Assembly (NCBI GenBank): GCA_046706365.1 | Contig: JBJKPN010000120.1 | Location: forward strand, 1,372 to 65,371 | Reading direction: 5' to 3' | DNA from: Candidatus Kryptoniota bacterium | GTDB lineage: Bacteria > Bacteroidota > Ignavibacteria > Kryptoniales > JAKASW01 | Length of the DNA stretch: 64,000 nucleotides | In this document: piece by piece, positions 28,228 through 37,312 of the stretch | Layout of the letters: each line of letters starts with the position of its first letter | Position numbering within the stretch: the stretch's first letter is position 1 | Notes under the pieces: model-generated | What the model was told of the DNA's origin: nothing | Seen by the model: the letters and a program-made list of their open reading frames with translations, nothing else | Databases searched by the model: none | Translations under genes and position numbers: made by a program

Positions 28228-29421
28228 ATGATCTCGCTTTCTGAGAAGATAGATAGAATCAAAGAATCGCAGACTATCGCAATAACATCCCTGGCCAAGA
28301 GGCTGCGGGCGGAGGGAAAGAAGATAATCAGCCTGAGTGCGGGAGAGCCCGATTTTCCGACACCCGAGAATGTGAAGCAGGCTGCAATAAGAGCGATAAA
28401 CGAGAATTTCACCAAGTACACTCAGAACGAAGGAACCCCCGAATTGCGGGAAGCAATCGCTGATAAGTTCCGCCGGGACAACGGCCTCAATGTCACGGCA
28501 GCCAATATTCTCGTGTCCAACGGAGGGAAGCACTCGATCTTCAACGCGCTTCAGGCTATCTGCAATCCGGGGGATGAAGTGATCATACCCGCACCCTACT
28601 GGGTGAGCTTTCCGGAAATGGTGAAGCTGGTCGACGCGACTCCCGTGATACTTCACACCAAAGAGGAACGCGGCTTTACTTTCACAGCCGATGACCTCAA
28701 ACCGCTGCTGACATCCAGGACTAAAGCGCTAATCATCAACTCGCCATCCAATCCTACAGGCAGCGTCATAAACGAGGAAATACTCCGCGGCATCGCCGTA
28801 CTTGCAAAAGAGAAGGACTTCTACATAATCTCGGACGAGATATACGAAAAGATCATATACGACGGCAACAGGCATTTTTCCATCGGCTCCGTCCCCGACA
28901 TTAAGGACCGGGTCATAACGGCTACCGGAGTCTCGAAAGCATACTCGATGACAGGCTGGCGAATCGGATTCATGGCAGCAAGCGAGGAGATCGTCAGGCG
29001 TGCGGCTAAAATTCAAAGTCAGTTGACGTCCAACGCATCGTCCATCTCGCAGGCCGCGGCGCTCGAAGCCGTCAAGGGTCCGCAGAATGATGTCGAGAAA
29101 ATGAGATCGGCTTTCGAACACAGGCGCGACGTGATGATGGAACGCCTGTCGAAGATAGACGGGCTGACGGTCTCCAGACCCGGAGGAGCCTTCTACTTCT
29201 TCCCTTCCGTTACAGGCTTGTTCGGAAAATCCAACGGGACCCAGACCCTGAAGAATTCCTCGGACGTAGCAAGCTACTTCCTCACTGAGGCACAAGTTGC
29301 TGTGGTTCCCGGCTCGGCGTTCGGATCGGACAATCATATCAGGATTTCCTACGCGTACTCGGAAAAGGAACTGACCGAAGCCTCCGACCGGATCGGCGCG
29401 GCAGTAGCGAAATTGAAATGA
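28228..29421 (+). CDS. Pyridoxal-phosphate-dependent aminotransferase, class I (aspartate aminotransferase-like)
   Basis: 397 aa with LSAGEPDFPTP, NPSNPTG and the PLP-lysine segment SKAYSMTGWRIG. Confidence 0.9.
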   Translation: MISLSEKIDRIKESQTIAITSLAKRLRAEGKKIISLSAGEPDFPTPENVKQAAIRAINENFTKYTQNEGTPELREAIADKFRRDNGLNVTAANILVSNGGKHSIFNALQAICNPGDEVIIPAPYWVSFPEMVKLVDATPVILHTKEERGFTFTADDLKPLLTSRTKALIINSPSNPTGSVINEEILRGIAVLAKEKDFYIISDEIYEKIIYDGNRHFSIGSVPDIKDRVITATGVSKAYSMTGWRIGFMAASEEIVRRAAKIQSQLTSNASSISQAAALEAVKGPQNDVEKMRSAFEHRRDVMMERLSKIDGLTVSRPGGAFYFFPSVTGLFGKSNGTQTLKNSSDVASYFLTEAQVAVVPGSAFGSDNHIRISYAYSEKELTEASDRIGAAVAKLK

Positions 29422-30587
29422 CAATTCCAGTCGTCCGGCTGAAACCGAAAGAAGAGAAGAGAATACTCTCGGGACACTCGTGGGTATTCAGTAATGAAAT
29501 AGCGGGCATAGACGGCGAGCCGTCCGTCGGAGATGTCGTGAGTGTCAGAAGGCACGGCGGCAGAGAAATCGGCTACGGCTTCTACAATCCCAAAACCCTG
29601 ATAGCTGTGCGGCTCTTTTCAAAGGAGTACACCGAACCCGACGAGGAGTTCTTCGCCCGGAGGTTCAGGACTGCACTTGAATTGCGCGAGAAACTTTTTC
29701 AATTGCCGTTCTACCGGCTCGTACACAGCGAAAGTGATTTCCTTCCGGGCTTAATAGTGGAAAGATTCGACAATCTCTTCAGCGTGCAGATCTTCTCTGC
29801 CGCGATGGAGAGAAGGAAGGAAGCGATTTACGCAAGTATCCGTAAGATGTTCGACCCGGCCGCGGTCTATGAGCGCAATGAAGGCAGCTCCCGCGAGCTG
29901 GAGGGACTACCTTCGACGAAGAGTATCGTGTTCGGAGAAGAACGGACTGTCGATTACAACGAGTCCGGCGTCATGTTCAGGATAGATCCGTTCAGCGGTC
30001 AGAAGACGGGTTTCTATTTCGACCAGCGATACAATCGTGTCTTCGCCAGGCAGTTCGGGTTAAATGCGCACGTGCTGGACCTCTTCTCCAACGAAGGCGG
30101 CTTTGCACTCAACATGGCGTATGCAGGAGCAGCGAAGATCGTTGCAGTCGATTCTTCCCAGCAAGCGATCAACAGGCTATTGCAGAACGCCGGGCTGAAT
30201 GGATTTCAGAATATTACCGGAAACACGGCAGACGCGAACTCCTTTCTTGAGAAGGCAGCCGCATCCGGCGACAAGTACGATGTGGTTGTCGCCGACCCTC
30301 CGAGTTATACAAAGAACCGGAAGAGTGTGCCCGTTGCCAAAGCCGGGTACAGACATTTGCACGAGGGTATATTCTCAGTTCTGAAGCGAGGCGGTATTCT
30401 GATGACCGCCTCGTGCTCTCACCACATCTTCAGGGAGACTTTCGAGGAGGTAGTGGCGTCTGCCGCAGCGAGGTCGGGCCGGACGCTTCAGCTTCTTCAT
30501 CGTGCCGGTGCTTCACCTGATCACCCGGTCCTCCCCGGCATGCCCGAGACCGAGTACCTCAAGTTCGCAACCTACCGGGTTTTCTGA
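29418..30587 (+). CDS. rlmI: Class I SAM-dependent rRNA (cytosine-C5) methyltransferase, RlmI family
   Basis: PUA-like N-terminus (RLKPKEEKRILSGHSWVFSNEI). SAM fold VLDLFSNEGGFAL, DPPS, and CSHH near the C-terminus. ATGA overlap with the preceding gene. Confidence 0.82.
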   Translation: MTIPVVRLKPKEEKRILSGHSWVFSNEIAGIDGEPSVGDVVSVRRHGGREIGYGFYNPKTLIAVRLFSKEYTEPDEEFFARRFRTALELREKLFQLPFYRLVHSESDFLPGLIVERFDNLFSVQIFSAAMERRKEAIYASIRKMFDPAAVYERNEGSSRELEGLPSTKSIVFGEERTVDYNESGVMFRIDPFSGQKTGFYFDQRYNRVFARQFGLNAHVLDLFSNEGGFALNMAYAGAAKIVAVDSSQQAINRLLQNAGLNGFQNITGNTADANSFLEKAAASGDKYDVVVADPPSYTKNRKSVPVAKAGYRHLHEGIFSVLKRGGILMTASCSHHIFRETFEEVVASAAARSGRTLQLLHRAGASPDHPVLPGMPETEYLKFATYRVF

Positions 30588-30714
30588 CCTTCGATAAACG
30601 TATGATGGAACTATTTTGCGACTTTTCGTATTGAACCTGGTAGAACAAAAAGGCGTCTAAAATAGTGATGAAAAAATCACCCCCTCGTGTTAATTTCACT
30701 ACAGGTAAAATGAA

Positions 30715-31395
30715 ATGAGAAAAGTAACATTTTTAGTGATTCTGGCTTTTGCTGCCGTTGCTTCGGCAAAAGAGCCGAATGTCGTCGCTAAACCGGACTC
30801 GCAATATGCTTATATGCCGGTCAGACATATCGACCAACCTGACTCCAACATCAAGCCAAATGCACTCGGTCTGGACCTAATGATCGGAAACTCGGGCTTC
30901 GGCCTGGGATTCTCCTATATCCATGCAATCAACAGCACTCTTTCATGGACGCTGAACCTTACGATGTCGGAAGCCAAAGCGCCCAACGAAATATCTTACA
31001 TTGACCCCTTCACCGGCCAGAAATTTGTTCCGGGGAAAGTCAATCAACTATTCGTGTTCCCTGCGATGATCGGGCTGCAGTACCGGTTGTTCAAGGATCA
31101 GATAACAGACTCATTCCGGCCGTATGTATTTGCGGGAGTGGGACCGAACGCAATCTTTGCCGCCCCATACAACCAGCCTCTCGGTTACAGCTTCTCACAC
31201 GGGAGGGGATATTTCGGATTGGGTGCTTACTTCGGAGCCGGAGCTTACTTCGGACTCGATCCTCACAGCCTTATGGGTGTCAGCCTGAGATATTACGTGC
31301 TTCCCATGTCGCACGGCATTGAAAGCATGCAGAACGAGCCGATGGCCAACTTCAATACATTCTTCATAGCTTTCAACATAGCGACCCAGTACTAG
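30715..31395 (+). CDS. Hypothetical outer-membrane beta-barrel protein
   Basis: Signal peptide MRKVTFLVILAFAAVASA. Alternating hydrophobic Gly/Tyr-rich strands include a GAYFGAGAYFG repeat. The aromatic C-terminal strand is FIAFNIATQY. Confidence 0.65.
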   Translation: MRKVTFLVILAFAAVASAKEPNVVAKPDSQYAYMPVRHIDQPDSNIKPNALGLDLMIGNSGFGLGFSYIHAINSTLSWTLNLTMSEAKAPNEISYIDPFTGQKFVPGKVNQLFVFPAMIGLQYRLFKDQITDSFRPYVFAGVGPNAIFAAPYNQPLGYSFSHGRGYFGLGAYFGAGAYFGLDPHSLMGVSLRYYVLPMSHGIESMQNEPMANFNTFFIAFNIATQY

Positions 31396-31400
31396 CAAGT

Positions 31401-34223
31401 TCAAAGGACTCTTTTCAAGGCCGCGCCGGTCCTGGATTCACCAACCAGCGTCAATTCCTCCGGCGTTCCTGTCGCTACGACTCTTCCTCCATCCTCCCCG
31501 GCTTCAGGCCCAAGGTCGATGACGTAGTCTGCACATTTGATCACGTCGAGGTTGTGTTCGACAACCACGATGCTGTTTCCACGGTCGCGGAGCTCCAGAA
31601 GAACGTCGAGCAGCTTGGCGATTTCCTCGAAGTGCAATCCGGTCGTCGGTTCGTCAAGTACAAACAGGACTTCCCTCTCGCCGCTTCCCGATAGGAAGCT
31701 TGAGATTTTTAATCGTTGTGCCTCCCCACCCGATAGAGTGGAAAGCCGCTGTCCCAGCTTCAGATAATTCAGCCCGACACGGTCGAGAAGCTTGAGAGGC
31801 TTTACAACATCCTTCTTATCGCCGAAGAATTCCAAAGCCTCGGCCACTGTCAGTTCCAGGACGTCGGCAATGTTTTTTCCTCGGTATTTTATCTCCAGCG
31901 CATCGGAGCTGTACCTCTTTCCGTTGCAGGCTTCGCATTCGAGAGTAACATCTGCAAGGAACTGCATCTCGACCACCTGAATCCCCTCGCCGTTGCAGGC
32001 CTCGCACCTGCCGCCCCAGCCGACATTGAATGAAAAATAACTGGAAGTCAGATTCCTCTCTCTCGAAAGAGGGGTATCCGCGAAAATGTTCCTGATGGAA
32101 TCGAAAGTTCCGCTGTACGTGGCCACGTTCGATCTGGAAACCCGTCCCACTGCGCTCTGGTCGATGAGTTCGATCGATTCCGGCATATAATCAAATGCAA
32201 TACCTTTGACCCTGCCGGTTGAAATCTCCACGTTTTCCCTTGCCCCGCCCAGGAGCTCCTCGGCTCCCTTTTCCTTAATCGCATCGAAGAGTATGTCATA
32301 GACAAGCGTGCTTTTTCCCGAGCCGCTGACCCCGGTAATACACACAAATGAATACAGGGGGATGTCGACACTCAGATTGTTCAGATTGTGCATCGTCGCC
32401 CCTTTGACATGGATGAACTTCTCAGGCGGTTTCCTCTTTCTTGGGAGGGCTATTTTTTTCTCTCCGCGTAGATATTTTCCGGTCAGCGACTTCTTTGATT
32501 TCAGCAGGCCCTTGAATGTTCCTTCGTACATTATCTCTCCGCCCATGGCGCCCGAGCCGGGCCCAAGATCGATGATGTAGTCGGCGCTCTTCATCATCTC
32601 CGCATCGTGTTCGACAACGATAACCGTATTCTCATACGACTTCAGATTCTTCAGGATCGACACCAGCCTGTCCATGTCGCGCGGGTGGAGACCGATACTT
32701 GGTTCGTCAAGGACATAGGCGGTGGCAACCAGAGTGGATGCTAGGCTTGTTGAAAGGTTCACGCGTTGAGCCTCCCCTCCGGACAGCGTCGAGGAGAGCC
32801 GGTCGAGTGTCAGATAACCGAGCCCAATCTGAAACAGATACCCGATCCTCTTTTTTATTTCCTCCAGCACCTGTTCGGCGATCACCGCGCTCTCGCCTTC
32901 GAGTCGAACGAGCTCGAAGAACTTGTTTGCCCGGGCCACAGTCATAGAGACTATGCCCGCCATAGTCTGGCCGTCGATCTGGACAGCCAATGCCTCGGGC
33001 CGCAGCCTTGCCCCGCCGCACGACGGGCATGTCACATAACCCCTGTATTTGTCGAGAAAATATCTTACGGAGAAGGAATGTGTCTTTTTCTCGAGATGTT
33101 TGACGAAGCCACGAAGACCGATGAAGCTCTGGTCGCCGTTTATGAGAAACCGCCATTCCTTTTCCGTAAGGTCCCTTATAGCAGCATCGAGCCTGATCTT
33201 GCCGGCATTGGCAGCCTTCAGCAAAGAGCGCCTGTGTACGTCAAAAGCAGGTGCGGAAATCAGGCTGTTGCCGCCGTTCAGAATGCTTTGAAATGGATTC
33301 GCGACAGTCTTGTCCCAGTCGTAGCCCATTATGGTACCGAAACCCTGACACTCGGGACATGCGCCGTACGGATTGTTGAAGGAGAAAAGACGCGGCTCGG
33401 GCTCAAGATAGCTCTTCCCGCAACTTGAACATTCGAACTTGCTCGAGAACCGGTATGTCCTGCCCTCGTCGAGATCGTGAATGAAGATGCTTCCGCCGCC
33501 ATTCAGAAATCCCTGCTCACACGCCTCGATCAACCTTTCCTCGTACCCTTCGCCACCGATCGCAAGCCTGTCCGCCAAAACCAGAAATTCCGTCCCCAGC
33601 CTGGACACTTCCGCGTCCGCTTCAAGTATCTCTCCCGGTTTCTCTTTGTCCGCGAACCTGTAGAACCCGCGGCGTCTCAAGTCGGAAATCAGTGCAGCCC
33701 TGTCGCCATTGACGACGTTGAACAGCACATAGATTCGCCTGTGATCGCAGAGGTTACTCACGGCATCCAGGATGAGTTGGGGCGAATATTTGATCACCGG
33801 AATATGGCAGTCGTTGCAGATAACCGTGCCTGCTCTGCCGAAAAGGAGTCTCAGGTAATCGTAGATCTCGGTCATCGTTGCCACCGTTGACCTCGGATTC
33901 CTGCTTAACCGCCGCTGCTCGATAGCGACCGTAGGGGATATTCCTCTCACCGTGTCTACGTCAGGCTTCTCCATTCGTTCGAGGAACTGCCTGACGTATG
34001 CTGAGAGACTCTCTATATAGCGTCTCTGGCCTTCGGCGTAAATCGTATCGAACGCCAGGCTCGACTTACCGCTCCCTGACGGGCCGGTAACGACGGTGAT
34101 TTTTCCTTTCGGAATTCTGACTGTGATATTCTTGAGGTTGTGTGTCCGAACTCCCTCAAGTACAAGCGATGTATCCTGAACCACTTCTGCAGCTTCGTTC
34201 ATTTGCGGGATTACCTTGGTCAT
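31401..34223 (-). CDS. uvrA: Excinuclease ABC subunit A
   Basis: GVRTHNLKNI, GPSGSGKSSLAFDTIYAEGQRRY, two LSGGEAQR signatures, second Walker A GVSGSGKSTLV, and several CxxC zinc modules. The start is set at ATG 34223, giving 940 aa. ATG 34202 is equally possible. The upstream extension to 34319 looks non-native. Confidence 0.95.
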   Translation of the reverse strand: MTKVIPQMNEAAEVVQDTSLVLEGVRTHNLKNITVRIPKGKITVVTGPSGSGKSSLAFDTIYAEGQRRYIESLSAYVRQFLERMEKPDVDTVRGISPTVAIEQRRLSRNPRSTVATMTEIYDYLRLLFGRAGTVICNDCHIPVIKYSPQLILDAVSNLCDHRRIYVLFNVVNGDRAALISDLRRRGFYRFADKEKPGEILEADAEVSRLGTEFLVLADRLAIGGEGYEERLIEACEQGFLNGGGSIFIHDLDEGRTYRFSSKFECSSCGKSYLEPEPRLFSFNNPYGACPECQGFGTIMGYDWDKTVANPFQSILNGGNSLISAPAFDVHRRSLLKAANAGKIRLDAAIRDLTEKEWRFLINGDQSFIGLRGFVKHLEKKTHSFSVRYFLDKYRGYVTCPSCGGARLRPEALAVQIDGQTMAGIVSMTVARANKFFELVRLEGESAVIAEQVLEEIKKRIGYLFQIGLGYLTLDRLSSTLSGGEAQRVNLSTSLASTLVATAYVLDEPSIGLHPRDMDRLVSILKNLKSYENTVIVVEHDAEMMKSADYIIDLGPGSGAMGGEIMYEGTFKGLLKSKKSLTGKYLRGEKKIALPRKRKPPEKFIHVKGATMHNLNNLSVDIPLYSFVCITGVSGSGKSTLVYDILFDAIKEKGAEELLGGARENVEISTGRVKGIAFDYMPESIELIDQSAVGRVSRSNVATYSGTFDSIRNIFADTPLSRERNLTSSYFSFNVGWGGRCEACNGEGIQVVEMQFLADVTLECEACNGKRYSSDALEIKYRGKNIADVLELTVAEALEFFGDKKDVVKPLKLLDRVGLNYLKLGQRLSTLSGGEAQRLKISSFLSGSGEREVLFVLDEPTTGLHFEEIAKLLDVLLELRDRGNSIVVVEHNLDVIKCADYVIDLGPEAGEDGGRVVATGTPEELTLVGESRTGAALKRVL

Positions 34224-34338
34224 TCCAGTTGTTAAGAGAAATTGATGAAGATTACTTCCGGCTTTCTCACACAATTTAACATAGAGAAAACAATCTTCGT
34301 AACGTGATGGTTCACGCACCGCGCCAGGAGAGAATTGT

Positions 34339-34353
34339 GGGCACCGCGCTCGC
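34339..34353 (+). promoter_or_regulatory. Candidate sigma-54 (-24/-12) promoter for the kinase/activator/PBP4 operon
   Basis: GGCAC-cgcgc-TCGC, compared with consensus TGGCAC-N5-TTGC. GG-to-GC spacing is correct. It lies about 50 nt upstream of the 34402 start. This is a single near-consensus match only. Confidence 0.3.
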
Positions 34354-34401
34354 GTCGAGGCTTAAACTTGAAAGCAAGCTCATTGAAAAGTATATTTTTT
34401 C

Positions 34402-35979
34402 GTGAAATTAGGTATGCCATCCCTGGCGCTGAGAACGAGAATCACGGCCGTCGTAGTACTGATCCTGTTTGCGACGGGTTTGCTCATCACATACTTCAAT
34501 TCTATTGCAACAGAAAGTATGCTCTTTCGCGATGCCGAAGGCAGCGCCCAACTCATAGCCGCGGAATTCAATCTGGCGACACGTTCCTCAATGAACATTG
34601 ACAGAAGGACCCTCGAGGTTAACGCCAGGCTTGCTCTCCGTCTTCTACACGAAGCAGAGTTCATCGCTTTTTTCCAGAAGGTTGGTCCGGACTCACTTGC
34701 CCTAGTCGCCTCAGCCGGAACCGTCCCTCCTGAGAACCATCTGACTTTCGTCCGTACTACGCTGGTCAAGGATTTCATGAGAAAAACACCCGTATCGTCG
34801 GCGAGATATGGTAAGTCGCTGTATTCTTACTCGGTACTGCTGCGCGATAGGGATAAGGTGTGGGGGTACGCCGTAACGGAGGTCACGCTCAGGAGCGTCA
34901 GGGAGACGGTCCGTCGGAATCTGGTTGTGGGGGCGGGCATTACCCTTGCTGTGAGCGTATTCGCCTCAATTCTCCTTCTCTTTGCGATGCGTCTTACTTT
35001 TCTGAGGCCCTTCGGCGACCTTGAAAAGGCGATGAGAGACGCTGCAGGGGGCAACATGGACAGGAGGCTTTCGCTTTCCTCGGGAACGGAATTTCGCACT
35101 CTTTCATCCATCTACAACGAGATGATGACGGAGCTCCAAAGGGCACACGAGATAAGCATAACGGAGGTCAAGAGGCAGGAAGAATACAACGACCGCTTGA
35201 AAAAGGAAATTGCGATGGCCATGGAGTCGCTGGTTGAAAAGAGCAACGAAATAATGGCTATGCAGGAGAAACTCCGGTTGTTCGAGTCCCAGGCGTCACT
35301 CGGCAAGGTCGCTTCATAGCTCGCGCACGAGCTCGGAAGCCCGCTGAACGCGATCTATACTTCTGTGCAGCTCATGATGGAGAACAACATCTCGGAGGGG
35401 AGCAAGAACAAGCTGCGGGTTATCGAGCGGCAGGTGGAGACTATGATAGGCATTATCAATCGCTCTCTCCAGGCGCGGAAGATTGCAATGCCTTCGAAAC
35501 AGCGGGTTGTTCTCAGGAATCTCGTCGAAGAGACGAGAGTAGTCATGGATTCCAGATTCAGGGAAAAATCGATCGAGTTCACTGTGTCCCTCGCGAATCC
35601 TAAAACCGAACTTGAAGTCGATCCCGTACAGATACAACAGGTCCTGATAAATCTGCTCAACAATTCAATCGACGCCGTTGAATCGAGAAAAGACAAATCG
35701 GCTCCCGGCAGAGTAGCCGTCAAGGCCTACGAAGAAAACGCGCAGGATTACGGCTATGTCAGGGTTGACGTATCCGATAATGGAAACGGCGTCCCGCAAG
35801 GAATTGTTGGACAATTGTTCAGTGATTTCATCAATAGTACCAAACCGAACGGCAACGGTATCGGTCTTGTTATATGCAAGGAAATTGTCGACAGACACGG
35901 AGGACGGATATTCCTTTCCGAGACTTCCGATGAAGGTTCCACATTCTCAATTATAATCCCTGTAAAAGATGAAAGATAG
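34402..35979 (+). pseudogene. HAMP-domain sensor histidine kinase interrupted by one in-frame TAG (35317-35319) just upstream of the H-box
   Basis: Listed ORFs 34402..35319 and 35365..35979 are in the same frame. Reading through gives ...ESQASLGKVAS*LAHELGSPLNAIYTSVQLM..., a normal DHp H-box. Upstream are two TM segments and a HAMP domain. Downstream are N and G boxes (LINLLNNSIDA, DNGNGV, GNGIGL). Confidence 0.8.
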
Positions 35980-37312
35980 AATAGCAGTCATAGACGATCA
36001 CGCCGACTCGCTGGAACTACTCCGCGAGGCACTTTCGCCTTCCTATGAAGTCGAGACTTTCTCCGACCCTGTCGCCGCACTAAAGGAAATTTCGCAGAGA
36101 TCATTTTCGGCCGTGGTGACCGATGTGATGATGCCGGGCATGAACGGGACGGAGTTGCTGAGCCGCATTCTCGAGAAAAAGCCGACCCTTCCCGTTGTTC
36201 TCATCACGGCTTTCGGAACTCTTGAAGCAGCCGCTAACACGATCAAGAGCGGCGCATTCGACTATCTGAGCAAGCCCCTTAACCTGAATGAGATAAGACT
36301 TGTGGTCTCCAACGCGGTTTCCCATTTCCGCGTGACGAGCGGTGTACAGGTAGAAGGCATCCCGAAGAAAGCCGAGATAAACGTGTCAAACGTCGTCGGG
36401 AAAAGCGAGAAGATGCTCCGGGTCTTCAAGATAATCGGGCGCGCCGCACCCACTAATTCCAGCATTCTTATACAGGGCGAAAGCGGAACGGGAAAGGAAA
36501 TAGTCGCCCGTTCCGTCCATACTAACAGCCCTCGCGCGAATAAGCCTTTCATTCCCATTAACATCGCGGCAATTCCCGAACAGCTTCTCGAGGCCGAGCT
36601 CTTCGGCCACGAGAAAGGCGCATTCACCGGCGCACTGTTCGCCCGTGACGGCTTCTTCAGCGATGCGGACGGCGGCACTCTGTTTCTCGATGAAGTCGGT
36701 GAGATTCCCCTGCTGCTTCAGCCGAAACTGCTGAGGACACTTCAGGAACATGAGGTCCGGCGTATAGGAAGTACCGCCTCGAAGCTCGTAGACGTGAGAA
36801 TCATCGCTGCCACCAACCGCAATCTTGAAGAAATGGTCCAGGACAAACTTTTCAGAGAAGACCTTTTCTATCGTCTCAGCGTTATCAAAATAGAGCTCCC
36901 GCCTCTCCGCGAGAGGAGGGAAGACATTCCGCTCCTGACGGAATACTTCATCTCCAAGTATAACCGGCTGCACAACAAGCAGGTCACAGCGATGTCCGAG
37001 GAACTGGCGTCCAAACTTCTGACACTTGAATGGCCCGGAAACGTGCGTGAGCTTGAGAACTTCATCGACCGGGCAATTGCGCTTGCGGCCGGGCCCATCC
37101 TGACCCTGTCGGAAACCGAAGTGCCGACGACCAGAAAAGTGGACCTGAACTGGGCGGAGAGAATCCCACCGAATCTCAGCCTCGATGAGCTGGAAACGGA
37201 GTACATGAAGCGCGTCCTGAAAGAGCAAGACAACAACTACGCCGAAGCAGCGCGGATCCTTAAAGTCAACAAGAGCACATTGTACAGAAAACTTGGTAAG
37301 CCGCAAAAATGA
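35969..37312 (+). CDS. Sigma-54-dependent response regulator (NtrC family enhancer-binding protein)
   Basis: Receiver domain (VIDDH..., [15 protein letters not shown]). AAA+ domain with Walker A GESGTGKE, the sigma-54 contact loop GAFTGA and Walker B FLDEVG. C-terminal Fis-type [19 protein letters not shown]. It overlaps the kinase stop by 11 nt. Confidence 0.93.
   Translation: MKDRIAVIDDHADSLELLREALSPSYEVETFSDPVAALKEISQRSFSAVVTDVMMPGMNGTELLSRILEKKPTLPVVLITAFGTLEAAANTIKSGAFDYLSKPLNLNEIRLVVSNAVSHFRVTSGVQVEGIPKKAEINVSNVVGKSEKMLRVFKIIGRAAPTNSSILIQGESGTGKEIVARSVHTNSPRANKPFIPINIAAIPEQLLEAELFGHEKGAFTGALFARDGFFSDADGGTLFLDEVGEIPLLLQPKLLRTLQEHEVRRIGSTASKLVDVRIIAATNRNLEEMVQDKLFREDLFYRLSVIKIELPPLRERREDIPLLTEYFISKYNRLHNKQVTAMSEELASKLLTLEWPGNVRELENFIDRAIALAAGPILTLSETEVPTTRKVDLNWAERIPPNLSLDELETEYMKRVLKEQDNNYAEAARILKVNKSTLYRKLGKPQK

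Noticed and set aside
35317-35319. Recoding of the kinase TAG as pyrrolysine, or a genetic-code reassignment
   Set aside because: TAG terminates several well-defined genes in the same window (stops at 1685, 5121, 25719, 35977). There are no pyl genes here and no obvious downstream recoding structure. A nonsense mutation, an error or leaky read-through are simpler explanations.
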